From sequence record PP886230: a DNA stretch of 64,000 nucleotides. One strand, given 5' to 3'. Each line of letters begins with the position of its first letter. The stretch's first letter is position 1. The notes under the pieces are model-generated. The model was given only the letters and a program-made list of their open reading frames with translations. It ran no database searches and had not been told where the DNA came from. The position numbers and the translations under genes are program-made. This stretch comes from Escherichia phage vB_EcoM_E9.1. Of the stretch, positions 18,230 to 33,415 are shown piece by piece.

Positions 18230-18947
18230 AAAGAAATTTATTCCATTTTGGATGGTCCCTGCTCACTGGGGACTTTCTGGAAAGGCAAAAGAGATAGCTA
18301 AAGCATACTACTACAATGATGATTATGAAGCTGATATGAAAGTTGCTGAATTGACATATCTAACTCCATATGAAGTTGAAGTGGCCCAATTGGATATTAA
18401 AAAGAAATATAGCGTAATTGGAGATTTGGAATATCTAATTGCTGCACTTGATGTTGAACTAAAATATTCTAAAATTACTCGTGAACAGTATGATGTTAAA
18501 GTTCTTGATGCAAAACTAAGTATTGGAGTTATTACAGAAAAAGAATATGATATGGAAATCATTGAGTTAATGCCAGAAGGTGATGAAAAAAGGCTTAAGG
18601 CTATTGAATTTGCATATCGTTACGATGAAATCACACAAAGTGAATATTCTAAGGAAATATACACACTTCGTAAAGAACCTTGGATTGATTTGGATGTTGT
18701 TCTTGATCCTGAAACTAATGAAGTTGAGTTTGTATTTGACTATAATGAATATTTCTGGAAAAAGTTGAAAGCTGAAGGTCATCCAGGAAATGATGAAGAA
18801 GAAATTATCGATAACTTTGTGAGAGACTTGGGGCGTAAACTTGCTACGGATGATTTCAGTGATGATTACGACACAAAGCTGGTGAGTGCGAACGAAGGAT
18901 TAGACAAGCTACCTGGTTTGCCTGAAGGATTTCGTTCATATAGATAA
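18222..18947 (+). CDS. Hypothetical protein with three I-T-x-x-(E/Q)-Y repeats
   Basis: ORF; ATG 18222 overlaps GroES stop (ATGGCTAA). Repeats ITREQYDVKVL / ITEKEYDMEII / ITQSEYSKEIY. Confidence 0.6.
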   Translation: MAKKKFIPFWMVPAHWGLSGKAKEIAKAYYYNDDYEADMKVAELTYLTPYEVEVAQLDIKKKYSVIGDLEYLIAALDVELKYSKITREQYDVKVLDAKLSIGVITEKEYDMEIIELMPEGDEKRLKAIEFAYRYDEITQSEYSKEIYTLRKEPWIDLDVVLDPETNEVEFVFDYNEYFWKKLKAEGHPGNDEEEIIDNFVRDLGRKLATDDFSDDYDTKLVSANEGLDKLPGLPEGFRSYR

Positions 18948-18952
18948 CATAT

Positions 18953-18986
18953 AAAAAAAGGAGAGCAAATGCTCTCCTTTTCTTTT
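18953..18986. terminator. Bidirectional rho-independent terminator between convergent genes
   Basis: aaaaaaa-ggagagc-aaat-gctctcc-ttttctttt: hairpin with A-tract on one side and T-tract on the other. Confidence 0.8.
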
Positions 18987-18994
18987 GAAAAATA

Positions 18995-19684
18995 TTAAAC
19001 CAATGCTGGGATGTATTGGAAAAGTTTAACACCGAAATCACCTGCTGCATCAGCAGATTGGGAACGTAGGTAAACTTCGGTAACACCATCTTTAGCAAGT
19101 AGTGGAACACCAGTTAGATCATCAATTAGTAGACGGCCTTCTTCGGATTCAGTACTTGGTACACCTTGTGGTGATTTAAGATCTTTGTTAAAGACACCCG
19201 CACGTTCAACTAGGAAGGTAACAACAGAAGCATCAGCAATACTAACTGAACCTGCACTCAATACACCATCAGGTGCGTTGGTGAAACCAGTAACTGGAAA
19301 TACTTCAAGACCATTACCTGCGATGTTAGAGGTAGCGATGATAACCGCACGTTGTTGAACAACATCGACAATACGTTTAACGTTAGTTTGTGCTGCATAA
19401 GATGCATTGTAATCAGCTTCTAGTGTGCCAAGAACAAATGCAGTTCCATCAATACGTTTGATACCTTTATCATTTAGATATGCTAGAATTTCTTCTGGAA
19501 TATCAGTGTTTAGAAAACGTTGTAGACCAGCATAAGAAGAAACTGCACCAGTAACTAGAACGTTTACGTCTCCTAGCTTACTGATAGCAATGGATGCTAG
19601 GGCGTTAGTGCCACAAAAGTAACCTAGAATACGTTCAAAGGAATAACCATTGATACGTTCAAAAGAAGTATTAGTATATGACAT
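18995..19684 (-). CDS. Late-expressed putative virion structural protein (paralog A)
   Basis: 229 aa on minus strand with AGGAGG RBS; shares QQRAV and ER(A/Q)GVFNK blocks with the adjacent upstream ORF. Confidence 0.7.
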   Translation of the reverse strand: MSYTNTSFERINGYSFERILGYFCGTNALASIAISKLGDVNVLVTGAVSSYAGLQRFLNTDIPEEILAYLNDKGIKRIDGTAFVLGTLEADYNASYAAQTNVKRIVDVVQQRAVIIATSNIAGNGLEVFPVTGFTNAPDGVLSAGSVSIADASVVTFLVERAGVFNKDLKSPQGVPSTESEEGRLLIDDLTGVPLLAKDGVTEVYLRSQSADAAGDFGVKLFQYIPALV

Positions 19685-19698
19685 AATCTATCCTCCTA

Positions 19699-20298
19699 TT
19701 ATAGTTGAACAGGAAGAGCAGCACGTACTTTAATTGCTACAGCAGTAGATGCACCTGCATCACCAACACCATCAGTACCTTGACTTACGAAAGTTTTGGT
19801 ACGGAAAACTTTAGCTTGAGCGATAGACTTAGCTAGGTCAACAGTTGGATCAACTGGAGCAGGACATGCTGAACCAGGACGAACTTCTTGCTTGTTAAAT
19901 ACGTCTTGACGTTCACAGATGAAAGTCAATGCAACAGAATTAGCACCACCTGCTACATCAGCACCACTAGTGCCGAACGCAACTACGTTTGGATTAGCAT
20001 TTTTGAAATCAGCAGGAATAACAACTTCTGAATCAAGAGCTAGTAGAGAGGTAGTAACTAGAACTGCACGTTGTTGTAGTAGTTGGGTAACCATGAATAG
20101 GTTATATTGAGCATTACTTAGAGCAGTTTGATACGCTTCAGCTTGAACATCAGAACCGTCAGAAGTAACTTTGGTAGTACCTAGTTCAACATCAGTTGGT
20201 AGATCGATTACGATGGTAACGAAACCGTTATTACCACCCCACCATTCGCGAGCAACGCTAGACATACCATAGTTACGGTTAAAAGAATTAAGACTCAT
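19699..20298 (-). CDS. Late-expressed putative virion structural protein (paralog B)
   Basis: 199 aa; AAGGAG RBS; paralog of 18995..19684; driven by late-promoter motif at 20401..20418. Confidence 0.7.
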   Translation of the reverse strand: MSLNSFNRNYGMSSVAREWWGGNNGFVTIVIDLPTDVELGTTKVTSDGSDVQAEAYQTALSNAQYNLFMVTQLLQQRAVLVTTSLLALDSEVVIPADFKNANPNVVAFGTSGADVAGGANSVALTFICERQDVFNKQEVRPGSACPAPVDPTVDLAKSIAQAKVFRTKTFVSQGTDGVGDAGASTAVAIKVRAALPVQL

Positions 20299-20400
20299 GA
20301 AAATCTCCTTGTCAAATTTTGTGCAGGTATATCCTGCTTAAAGTTATTTATCAAAAAATATCACTAGCATTTAAATTTACTGAGATATTTAATGAATTTC

Positions 20401-20418
20401 TATGATATTATTTATCAA
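20401..20418 (-). promoter_or_regulatory. Late-promoter motif (minus strand) GATAAATAATATCATAG
   Basis: Reverse complement contains ataaataatatcata, 15 nt identical to the capsid-gene late promoter region. Confidence 0.55.
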
Positions 20419-20423
20419 ATCTG

Positions 20424-25707
<5,284 letters not shown>

Positions 25708-25718
25708 TTAAAAAATAT

Positions 25719-25746
25719 GGGACAGTATAAAAACCTGTGCTATAAT
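25719..25746 (+). promoter_or_regulatory. Sigma70-like promoter GGGACA-N16-(gTGc)TATAAT (proximal gene 32 promoter)
   Basis: gggaca 25719-25724, tataat 25741-25746 with extended -10 TG. Confidence 0.6.
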
Positions 25747-25833
25747 GTAAAACGTTGAAGGAACAATGAAGTTTCTGAAACATTGAAGCCAATTAACAAA
25801 TAACAAAGAAACCCAAAATCAAGGAAGATATAT

Positions 25834-26868
25834 ATGAAATCTCTAGCTGAAATTCGTGCACACCTAAAAGCAGAACAAGAAAAAGCAGAAGCTCAAAAGA
25901 ATGGTACATTTACTGGTGAGCGTAAAGCTGATTCGTTCTTAGCTTTCTGGAACGTACCTTATAACGAACCACTAAACCTACGTTTTCTACCAGATGCAGA
26001 TGAGTCTAACCCATTCTTCTGGCGTGAACGTGACATGATTAACCTAACTTTCAATGGTGTAGTCGGTATGCACACTGATAAAGTTACCGTTCAAGTACCT
26101 TGTAACGAAATGTGGGTTCCTAAATCCTGTCCGGTTCTGAAAGAAGTACGTCAATGGTTCCAAAGTGCGAATGAAACAGGGAACGAAGAACTAAAAGCAA
26201 TGGCTGGTCGTTACTGGAAGAAGAAAACCTATCTAATGCAATGTTTTATTGCTCCTGATAGCGTTGCAGTAAAAGACGACATTGCACCAGAAAATCCAAT
26301 TCGTCGTATTCTGGCTAACAAAGATATCTTTGATAAAGTTAAATCCATCCTGCTAAATCCAGGCATCAAAGAGTCTCCAACTCACTACGTTCAAGGTCGT
26401 GATTTTGGTATTGTTAAAACTAAGAATGGTGGTGGTTATAATAGCTACGACATGTCTCAATTCTCCATGTCTGAGCGTCCACTAAACGAAGAAGAACTAG
26501 CAGCAATTGAAAAATATGGCCTATACAATCTAAATGATTTTATGCCAAAACAACCAACTCCAGAAGAGTTGAAAGCAATTGAAGAAATGTTCGAAGCATC
26601 AGTAAATGGTGAAGCATATGATCCAGCACGTTGGGCATTTGCATATCGTCCAGCAGGTGTACCAAAACCTAACTCTGGAACTGTTACTGAATCAAAACCA
26701 ACTCCTGCTCCAGTACAACAAGAGTCAGCACCTGCACCAGTTACACCAGCCCCACAAGCTGCTCCAGTAACTCCAGTCGCTACCCCAGCAGCAACCACTC
26801 CTGAAGCACCAAAAGAACAACTATCTGCATCTGCACTAGTTGCTCGTTTGAAACAACAAGGTAAGTAA
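25834..26868 (+). CDS. gp32: Single-stranded DNA-binding protein (T4 gp32 family)
   Basis: LNLRFLPDADESNPFFW parallels T4 gp32 (AVIRFLPSKNDEQAPF); Cys pair VPCNEMWVPKSCPV fits the zinc site; Pro/Ala/Thr-rich C-terminal tail. Confidence 0.8.
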   Translation: MKSLAEIRAHLKAEQEKAEAQKNGTFTGERKADSFLAFWNVPYNEPLNLRFLPDADESNPFFWRERDMINLTFNGVVGMHTDKVTVQVPCNEMWVPKSCPVLKEVRQWFQSANETGNEELKAMAGRYWKKKTYLMQCFIAPDSVAVKDDIAPENPIRRILANKDIFDKVKSILLNPGIKESPTHYVQGRDFGIVKTKNGGGYNSYDMSQFSMSERPLNEEELAAIEKYGLYNLNDFMPKQPTPEELKAIEEMFEASVNGEAYDPARWAFAYRPAGVPKPNSGTVTESKPTPAPVQQESAPAPVTPAPQAAPVTPVATPAATTPEAPKEQLSASALVARLKQQGK

Positions 26869-26886
26869 TAGTTTTTGAAAAGTTAA

Positions 26887-26915
26887 GGGGCAACGGAGTT
26901 TGCCCCGTTTTATTT
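26887..26915 (+). terminator. Rho-independent terminator after gene 32
   Basis: ggggcaa-cggagt-ttgcccc hairpin followed by gttttattt. Confidence 0.8.
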
Positions 26916-26937
26916 CATGAAATTCAAGGAGCGAATT

Positions 26938-28056
26938 ATGAAAATGACAAGTGGTTTTGCGAACATTCTTAAAAACAGTACTGGTAGTGTTAAAAAGAAT
27001 ACTGGTGTTAGTGTTGGTTTTCATGATCCAGATACATGGGTTAGTACTGGTAACTACGCACTAAATTATCGCATCAGTGGCTATTTTGACCGTGGTATCC
27101 CACTAGGCAAAGTAACGATGTTTGCTGGTGAATCAGGTAGTGGTAAATCTTTTATCGTATCTGGTAATATTGCACGTGAAGCTCAAAAACAAGGCATCTT
27201 TGTTGTTATGATTGACTCAGAGAACGCATTGGATTCAGATTGGCTTCAAGCACTTGGTGTTGACACTTCTGAAGAAAAACTTTTGAAAGTCAATATGGGT
27301 ATGATTGGTGACGTTGCAAAATTCACCTATGAGTTCATTGAAGGATATCGTAAAGAATACGAAAATACACCTAAAGATGAACGTCAAAAAGTATTGTTTA
27401 TTATTGATTCAATTGGTATGCTAAACACTGAAGTAGCCAATGATCAAATGAAAGCGGGTAACCTTAAAGGTGACATGGGTCATAAACCCAAACAGCTTAA
27501 AGCATATATCACAAACTGTGTAAACTCTATTGGTTCATTGAACATTGGTATGGTTTGCGTTAACCACAGTTATGAATCTCAGGACATGTTTAACCCAGAT
27601 CCTAAAGTTTCAGGTGGTAGTGGCTTGATTTATGCTTCATCTATGGTTATCGCAATGGGTAAATTAAAACTTAAAGAAGATGAAGACGGAAATAAAACTT
27701 CCGAAGTAAATGGTATTCGTGCTAAATGTAAAGTCATGAAGACTCGTTACAACAAGCCGTTCGAAGATGTAGAAATTAAAATTCCTTGGGATAAAGGTAT
27801 GGACCCACGTAGTGGTCTACTAGATATGTTTGAAAAATACGGTCTAATCACTAAATCAGGTAACCGTCTATTGTATGTTGATATTGTAACTGGCGAACAG
27901 ATTCTAAAATATCGCAAAGAGTGGATGCGTAATGAAGATTCATGTCTTGATTTGGTAATGCATCAATTTAAAAATCATCCTTTGATTGAAGAAGTTAAAG
28001 AAGAAGAAAAAGGTGATGAAACTTTTGGTACTGATGTGGATATTAGTGAGGAATAA
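26938..28056 (+). CDS. uvsX: RecA-like recombinase UvsX
   Basis: Walker A GESGSGKSF, RecA-type core; AGGAG RBS favours ATG 26938 over the track start 26917. Confidence 0.85.
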   Translation: MKMTSGFANILKNSTGSVKKNTGVSVGFHDPDTWVSTGNYALNYRISGYFDRGIPLGKVTMFAGESGSGKSFIVSGNIAREAQKQGIFVVMIDSENALDSDWLQALGVDTSEEKLLKVNMGMIGDVAKFTYEFIEGYRKEYENTPKDERQKVLFIIDSIGMLNTEVANDQMKAGNLKGDMGHKPKQLKAYITNCVNSIGSLNIGMVCVNHSYESQDMFNPDPKVSGGSGLIYASSMVIAMGKLKLKEDEDGNKTSEVNGIRAKCKVMKTRYNKPFEDVEIKIPWDKGMDPRSGLLDMFEKYGLITKSGNRLLYVDIVTGEQILKYRKEWMRNEDSCLDLVMHQFKNHPLIEEVKEEEKGDETFGTDVDISEE

Positions 28057-28517
28057 TGAAACCTTGGCATTGGATTATCAAAGATGATAAATCTAAAATT
28101 ATTGAAATGATTGAGTTCTTTAACAAAGAAGTTGAAGAAGCTCGTCGTGAAGTAAAGAAGATTGGCATCATTGAAAAAATTGCTCAAGAGATTCCTGGCT
28201 GGCATGAGACGCGTCTAAGCCAGCTTCAAGAACTTGAAGCAGTATTGGAAATGTTAGAAATTGAAATGCGTCAGGTACAAGCCGAGAAGTTCAAATACTT
28301 TCTCGAAGGATACCGCCGTGCACTATCTTCATCTGACTGTAAAAAGTATGTTGAAGGTGATAAAGATGTTTGTGAGTTAGCAGAACTTATAAACGAGGTA
28401 TCTTATATAAGAAATACATATTCAAGTATTGTTAAATCCTTAGAGATGAAAGCTTTTCAGTTAAACAATATTGTGAGACTACGTGCCGCTGGTATTGAGG
28501 ATGCACGTTTAGAATAA
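28056..28517 (+). CDS. Hypothetical coiled-coil protein; possible recombination mediator (UvsY-like) by position
   Basis: 153-aa helical ORF translationally coupled to uvsX (ATGA overlap); no motif confirmation. Confidence 0.4.
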   Translation: MKPWHWIIKDDKSKIIEMIEFFNKEVEEARREVKKIGIIEKIAQEIPGWHETRLSQLQELEAVLEMLEIEMRQVQAEKFKYFLEGYRRALSSSDCKKYVEGDKDVCELAELINEVSYIRNTYSSIVKSLEMKAFQLNNIVRLRAAGIEDARLE

Positions 28518-28526
28518 TTATCATTA

Positions 28527-28550
28527 AGGACGCATATCGCGTCCTTTTTC
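28527..28550 (+). terminator. Rho-independent terminator
   Basis: aggacgc-atatc-gcgtcct hairpin followed by tttt. Confidence 0.7.
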
Positions 28551-28564
28551 TATGCGAGAATAAA

Positions 28565-29383
28565 ATGACAAAATTAAATGAGTTTTTATCAAATGTAGCA
28601 GTTCTAGATACTGAAACTACTGGGGTTGAGAGTGAAGATGATATTATTGAATTTAGTATCTCGTATCCACATACTTCACATGAAAACATTGATACTATTG
28701 ATAACTATACATTGAGATACAAACCCTTGAAAGATATTCCACCAGAGGCATCTGCTGTGCACTTTATCAGTACTGAGGATGTAGCTAATTGTGTTGGGTA
28801 TAAAGATGATTTAGATAACATTGATGCACTTATGGGATGCCGTAAGTATTTTGTTGGTCATAATGTACAATTTGACCGTAGAATGATGGTAGATAACGAA
28901 TATAAATATCGTAACTCAATTTCACAGTACTTACTTGATGAAAATAAATGGATTTGTACCCTTCGTCTTGCTAAGAAAATGTTCGCAGAAGATATTGAAT
29001 TTAAAAACTTAACTCTAAGTTATTTGTGGTATAAGTTTGGATGTTATCGTGATGTTCATCGACCTGTTAATGCACACGCAGCAAAAGACGATGTGTTCAT
29101 GTGTTATCAGGTTCTAATCAAATTAGTTGAAATTGCAATCGAACGTGGACATATTGAGCCTAATGGTGATATTGGTGAGCAAATTGTAACTTTCTGCAAC
29201 ACACCAATGCGTTATCAATTCATGCCATTTGGTAAACACAAAGGTGAGCCAATGAGTACAGTTCCATTGAATTACATTGAATGGATGATTGCTAATAGTG
29301 ACATTTTAGATGCAAGTAACCCTAACTGTGATAAAGATTTAGTATATACATTTGAGTACGAATATAATACTCGAACTAATTAA
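28565..29383 (+). CDS. dexA: DEDDh 3'-5' exonuclease (DexA / ExoX-like) with C-terminal KGEPM-type domain
   Basis: Exo I VLDTETTG, Exo II GHNVQFDRRMM, Exo III HAAKDDVFMCYQV; C-terminal FGKHKGEPMSTVPLNYIEWM. Confidence 0.8.
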   Translation: MTKLNEFLSNVAVLDTETTGVESEDDIIEFSISYPHTSHENIDTIDNYTLRYKPLKDIPPEASAVHFISTEDVANCVGYKDDLDNIDALMGCRKYFVGHNVQFDRRMMVDNEYKYRNSISQYLLDENKWICTLRLAKKMFAEDIEFKNLTLSYLWYKFGCYRDVHRPVNAHAAKDDVFMCYQVLIKLVEIAIERGHIEPNGDIGEQIVTFCNTPMRYQFMPFGKHKGEPMSTVPLNYIEWMIANSDILDASNPNCDKDLVYTFEYEYNTRTN

Positions 29384-29398
29384 TAAAGGTAATCATGG

Positions 29399-30883
29399 AT
29401 GAAAACTTGTAAGTTAACCTTATTGGATGAGGTGAATTGTAAATTTGAGGGACTTGATCCCTCAATTAGACAAAAGATGATTCGTGCAACTGAATATGTG
29501 TTACCATATGCAAAGTTCACACCAGCAGGACGTATTGGACGTTGGGATGGTAAAGTTCAGTTTATGAATTTAGGCGGGACAACTTATTATCATATGTTAG
29601 ATAAGTTATTGCCTATTCTTGATGAAGCTAAGATTGACATTGAATTAGTAGATCATAGGGTAGATTATGGATTTAAATTTGACCCCATTGATGAAGATAT
29701 TTTTAGTGATGTTGTATTCGGTGCAGGACACCACATGGAAGGTAAATCCATAAAACTACGTGAACATCAAGTTAATGCGGTTAATGCATGTTTGGCTAAT
29801 CCACACGGACTACTATTGGCAGCTACTGGTGCAGGTAAAACTCTCATTACTGCTGCATTGTCAAAGAAAGTGCAAGAGTATGGACGTTCTGTTATAATAG
29901 TACCAAGTACTGACTTAGTACAACAAACATATGATGACTACATTATGTGTGGGTTGGATACTGGCATGTTCTATGGTTCACAAAAAGATTTTGGTCACCA
30001 ACATACTATTACGACTTGGCAATCATTTAACTCTCTATGGAAGAAAACCAAGAAAGGTGAAATTGAATTAACTGAACAAGACGTGAATGATTTTATCGAT
30101 GGAGTAGTTTGTGTTATCGTTGATGAGTGTCAAGGTGCAGGCGGTGACGCATTAGTTCAAGTACTTTCTAAAGTTATGAATAACGTACCATTACGTTGGG
30201 GTCTTACTGGAACAATTCCTAAAGATCCGGTAGTTGCCGCGAAAATCAAATGTAATGTTGGTGATGTTATATTTAAAATAACTGCAAAGGAATTACAAGA
30301 TAAACAAATACTAAGTACATGTAATGTGAATTGCATCAAACTAAAAAGTAGTATGAAGTTTGCATCATATGCTGAAGAGTTGAAATACTTAGTAACTGAC
30401 AGAGATAGGATGGCATATGTAGCGTCATTGATATCTGCGTTATCTGAATCAGGAAACACTTTAGTTTTAGTAGATAGACTTGAAGCAGGTGAGTTGCTAT
30501 GTGAATTTTTAGGCATTCCCAAATCAGAATTCGTTCGTGGAGAAACTAAAAAGAAAGATCGAGAATCATCTTATGGTGAAATTCGTTGGGCTGATAATAA
30601 AATACTTATTGCGACATACGGCGTTGCCAGTACGGGTATTAGTATTTCAAGGTTATATAATGTAGTATTGATTGAGCCAGGAAAAAGTTTTGTAAGAACT
30701 ATACAGTCAATTGGACGTGGATTACGCCGAGCAGAAGATAAAGACCACGTAGAAATATATGATATTAGTGGTTCTAATAAGTATAGTGCCAAGCATTTAC
30801 GAGAACGTTTAGCTTACTATAAGGAAGCACAATATCCTCATAGTATAATAGATGTTAAAGATTGGGAAAACACAGCGGGATAA
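29399..30883 (+). CDS. uvsW: SF2 helicase UvsW
   Basis: LLLAATGAGKTLITAALS (Walker A), VIVDECQ (DExQ), ATYGVASTGISISRLYNVVLIEPGKSFVRTIQSIGRGLRR parallel to T4 UvsW (ASYGVFSTGISVKNLHHVVL...LQTIGRVLRK). Confidence 0.9.
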   Translation: MKTCKLTLLDEVNCKFEGLDPSIRQKMIRATEYVLPYAKFTPAGRIGRWDGKVQFMNLGGTTYYHMLDKLLPILDEAKIDIELVDHRVDYGFKFDPIDEDIFSDVVFGAGHHMEGKSIKLREHQVNAVNACLANPHGLLLAATGAGKTLITAALSKKVQEYGRSVIIVPSTDLVQQTYDDYIMCGLDTGMFYGSQKDFGHQHTITTWQSFNSLWKKTKKGEIELTEQDVNDFIDGVVCVIVDECQGAGGDALVQVLSKVMNNVPLRWGLTGTIPKDPVVAAKIKCNVGDVIFKITAKELQDKQILSTCNVNCIKLKSSMKFASYAEELKYLVTDRDRMAYVASLISALSESGNTLVLVDRLEAGELLCEFLGIPKSEFVRGETKKKDRESSYGEIRWADNKILIATYGVASTGISISRLYNVVLIEPGKSFVRTIQSIGRGLRRAEDKDHVEIYDISGSNKYSAKHLRERLAYYKEAQYPHSIIDVKDWENTAG

Positions 30884-30895
30884 ACCCGCTGTTTG
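30872..30895 (+). terminator. Rho-independent terminator after uvsW
   Basis: acagcggg-ataaa-cccgctgt hairpin followed by ttgtg. Confidence 0.55.
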
Positions 30896-30938
30896 TGATA
30901 TAATGTGTCATATGACAACAACAAGGATGTAAAATAAA

Positions 30939-31367
30939 ATGGAATTGAGATCTAGTATTGCTTTTATTTGTGACCAAGAAACTTTAGAAGTTATGGATGT
31001 ATTGTTGAACGATGATGGTATTATGGATGACATGGTATCTTCTCTTGACTATATACCTGAGCTAGAAACGGATGATACTAACGTATGGAGATGTAATATT
31101 GATAGTGATTCTTGGATTAATATCTATGAATTACAGACACGAATTGATTCTAAAGTAGAATCATTGAAATATGATATCATCTATGCAAGTACTGACACGA
31201 AAACTTTTATTGATGTAGTAAGTCTAAGTGGTAATTTTGATTCATATCTGGATACTGATGTAGATAAAATTCAAGAGATGTGTGAAACTTATGGACTTGA
31301 ATTTTATGGGGTAGAAGACCAAGATGATGAAGAATATTATGATGACGAAGAAGATTCGCAGTACTAA
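30939..31367 (+). CDS. Hypothetical highly acidic protein (DNA-mimic candidate)
   Basis: 142 aa, Asp/Glu-rich throughout, C-terminus EDQDDEEYYDDEEDSQY. Confidence 0.6.
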   Translation: MELRSSIAFICDQETLEVMDVLLNDDGIMDDMVSSLDYIPELETDDTNVWRCNIDSDSWINIYELQTRIDSKVESLKYDIIYASTDTKTFIDVVSLSGNFDSYLDTDVDKIQEMCETYGLEFYGVEDQDDEEYYDDEEDSQY

Positions 31368-31376
31368 GGAGATGAC

Positions 31377-31874
31377 ATGAACGTATTAACACCTGAAAAT
31401 AATTCTTTTGACATGGATTTAGTAACAGAACATATCCCTGAAGAAATGTATTGTGTTTTGGATCTAAGCCCAAATGGTGAATCTGATTTTTATTTTAGAC
31501 ATATTCTAAACACCGTATCATTTAATAGTATTAGTGCTGATCTTCAAATTGGTGAAAAGATTATTCAAGTGCCTCTAGGATGGCAAATTATGTTAGGTGA
31601 TGAAGAAACTGGTATGGTTGAGATGTGTACAATTGAAAACATTCTTAACATGAAAGAACCAAAAGCTTTTGTTTACAATCCTATCCGTTCAATGTATCCT
31701 AAGTTTGAACCAGTCAAAGTACTACGTGTATTTGCATTAACTACAAAGTGGCAGATACCAATGTTACCTAAAAAGAATTTACTATGCGTCCCACTACATA
31801 GTGGTGAAAATCCACCATGTGTGTACTTTGCAGATGAAAACGAAAAAATTCAAGATTTGTATCTAGGAGTATAA
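31377..31874 (+). CDS. Hypothetical protein
   Basis: 165-aa ORF in gene array. Confidence 0.6.
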   Translation: MNVLTPENNSFDMDLVTEHIPEEMYCVLDLSPNGESDFYFRHILNTVSFNSISADLQIGEKIIQVPLGWQIMLGDEETGMVEMCTIENILNMKEPKAFVYNPIRSMYPKFEPVKVLRVFALTTKWQIPMLPKKNLLCVPLHSGENPPCVYFADENEKIQDLYLGV

Positions 31875-31878
31875 AATA

Positions 31879-32724
31879 GTGTTTGATTTCAGTGATATTA
31901 AAAATAAGTCGGTCGATGATGATGAAAAACCAACACAGCATTCTTTTTCTATTGCTGAATTTCTAAAACACATTGACCGTGCTGATTATAAGTACTATAA
32001 TGACATGACCGAAAAAGAACGAAAAGAGTTTACTCCATATACTGTTTTGCGATGGGTAAGCTCTTTAGATGATTCGTTACAAGTAACCTACCCTAGTAGT
32101 AAAGTTGAAAGTGTATTTGGAAAATGGAAATCTGGTGGTAAAGAAGCACTGACTGAACTAGTTACTGAATTAAAGTCTTCAGGGACAAATGTTTCATCAG
32201 TAACTAAGTACTGTCATAGTGATTATGATTGGCGTATTAAATTTGCAGTCCAATCAAAAGATGACGCACAAAAATTAATATCCTCAATGGTCGAATTTGG
32301 CGTATCAGGTTCCGAAATTGTTTCATTAGTAGATACTGAAGTTGTCAAATACCAACTTATTATGCTAAATGATATGGTTAATGATGGATTTTGGGATATG
32401 AAAGAACATCCAGAATTAGTATATCAGCTTATGTGTTCAGTCCATGATATGATTGGTGGACAAGAAATGCCACGTAACTGGTTAAACTTTTCTAAGAATT
32501 TCAAAAAGGCAAATAACGAATTATTTGAGTTAATTAAAAGCTCACAACCTGATACTATATCTACTCAAATGAATGAAGATGAGTACAAAATTGTTCTATT
32601 GCAGTATGATAAAAAAACATTTGAGACATTTCTTGACAATAATGGTTTTCAAGATAATGAAAAGAAATCTATGATGAAATTGTTTAAAGAAGAATGTAAA
32701 AAATATGGCAAAGAAATCAAGTAA
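31879..32724 (+). CDS. Hypothetical protein (GTG start)
   Basis: 281-aa ORF; GGAG upstream of GTG 31879. Confidence 0.55.
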   Translation: MFDFSDIKNKSVDDDEKPTQHSFSIAEFLKHIDRADYKYYNDMTEKERKEFTPYTVLRWVSSLDDSLQVTYPSSKVESVFGKWKSGGKEALTELVTELKSSGTNVSSVTKYCHSDYDWRIKFAVQSKDDAQKLISSMVEFGVSGSEIVSLVDTEVVKYQLIMLNDMVNDGFWDMKEHPELVYQLMCSVHDMIGGQEMPRNWLNFSKNFKKANNELFELIKSSQPDTISTQMNEDEYKIVLLQYDKKTFETFLDNNGFQDNEKKSMMKLFKEECKKYGKEIK

Positions 32725-33415
32725 TCAAGTATATACCTGTAGATTTTGTGATCGTGAATTTAAACGTGAAGAAACTGTAAACACACATAAATGTATAAAA
32801 CGTGACCGATACGAAGACCGCCAAAGCCGCCAGATGATGGAGGCTTTTCGTATATATATGCAATTTATGGAATTGAATAAGTTCCCATTTAAAAAAGGCG
32901 TAGAGCCTTTTATTGCTTTTATAAAGTCAAAGTACTTTAATGATTTTTATAGTTTTGCCGAATACTATTTGAATAATAGAGATATTATTAATGTGGACGA
33001 GTTTGTAAAGTACTTGATTATCAATAACAAACCAATCACGGAATGGAGTACATATAAAGCAAAAGATGAATGGATATTAAAAACAATTCGTGCCGAGCAC
33101 CCAAAAGAAGCAATTGCAAGAAGTGTTATCTCACTGGTTGAATGGGCTGAAAATTTGAATGTACAATGGAATACTTTCTTTGAAAATGTAAGTTCTGCCC
33201 GTGCAATTGCATGGATTGAGAGTGGTAAAATTTCACCTTGGATTATCTGGCTTGCTCCTAAAAAAAGTACTAATAAGTTTTTTAAAAAACTATCAAACTC
33301 AGAAATTGAATATATACTTAAATACATCGATCCAAGTTATTTTGAAATCAAAACTATAAAATACAAAAAGGATTGTGATGAAATTAAGATTATGCTATGT
33401 GAGGCAGGATTATGA
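32705..33415 (+). CDS. Hypothetical protein with N-terminal C2H2-like zinc finger
   Basis: YTCRFCDREFKREETVNTHKC near N-terminus. Confidence 0.6.
   Translation: MAKKSSNQVYTCRFCDREFKREETVNTHKCIKRDRYEDRQSRQMMEAFRIYMQFMELNKFPFKKGVEPFIAFIKSKYFNDFYSFAEYYLNNRDIINVDEFVKYLIINNKPITEWSTYKAKDEWILKTIRAEHPKEAIARSVISLVEWAENLNVQWNTFFENVSSARAIAWIESGKISPWIIWLAPKKSTNKFFKKLSNSEIEYILKYIDPSYFEIKTIKYKKDCDEIKIMLCEAGL

Noticed and set aside
26457-26798. Minus-strand Gly/Ala-rich ORF inside the gene 32 C-terminal region
   Set aside because: Antisense of the Pro/Ala/Thr-rich gp32 tail; no independent signals.
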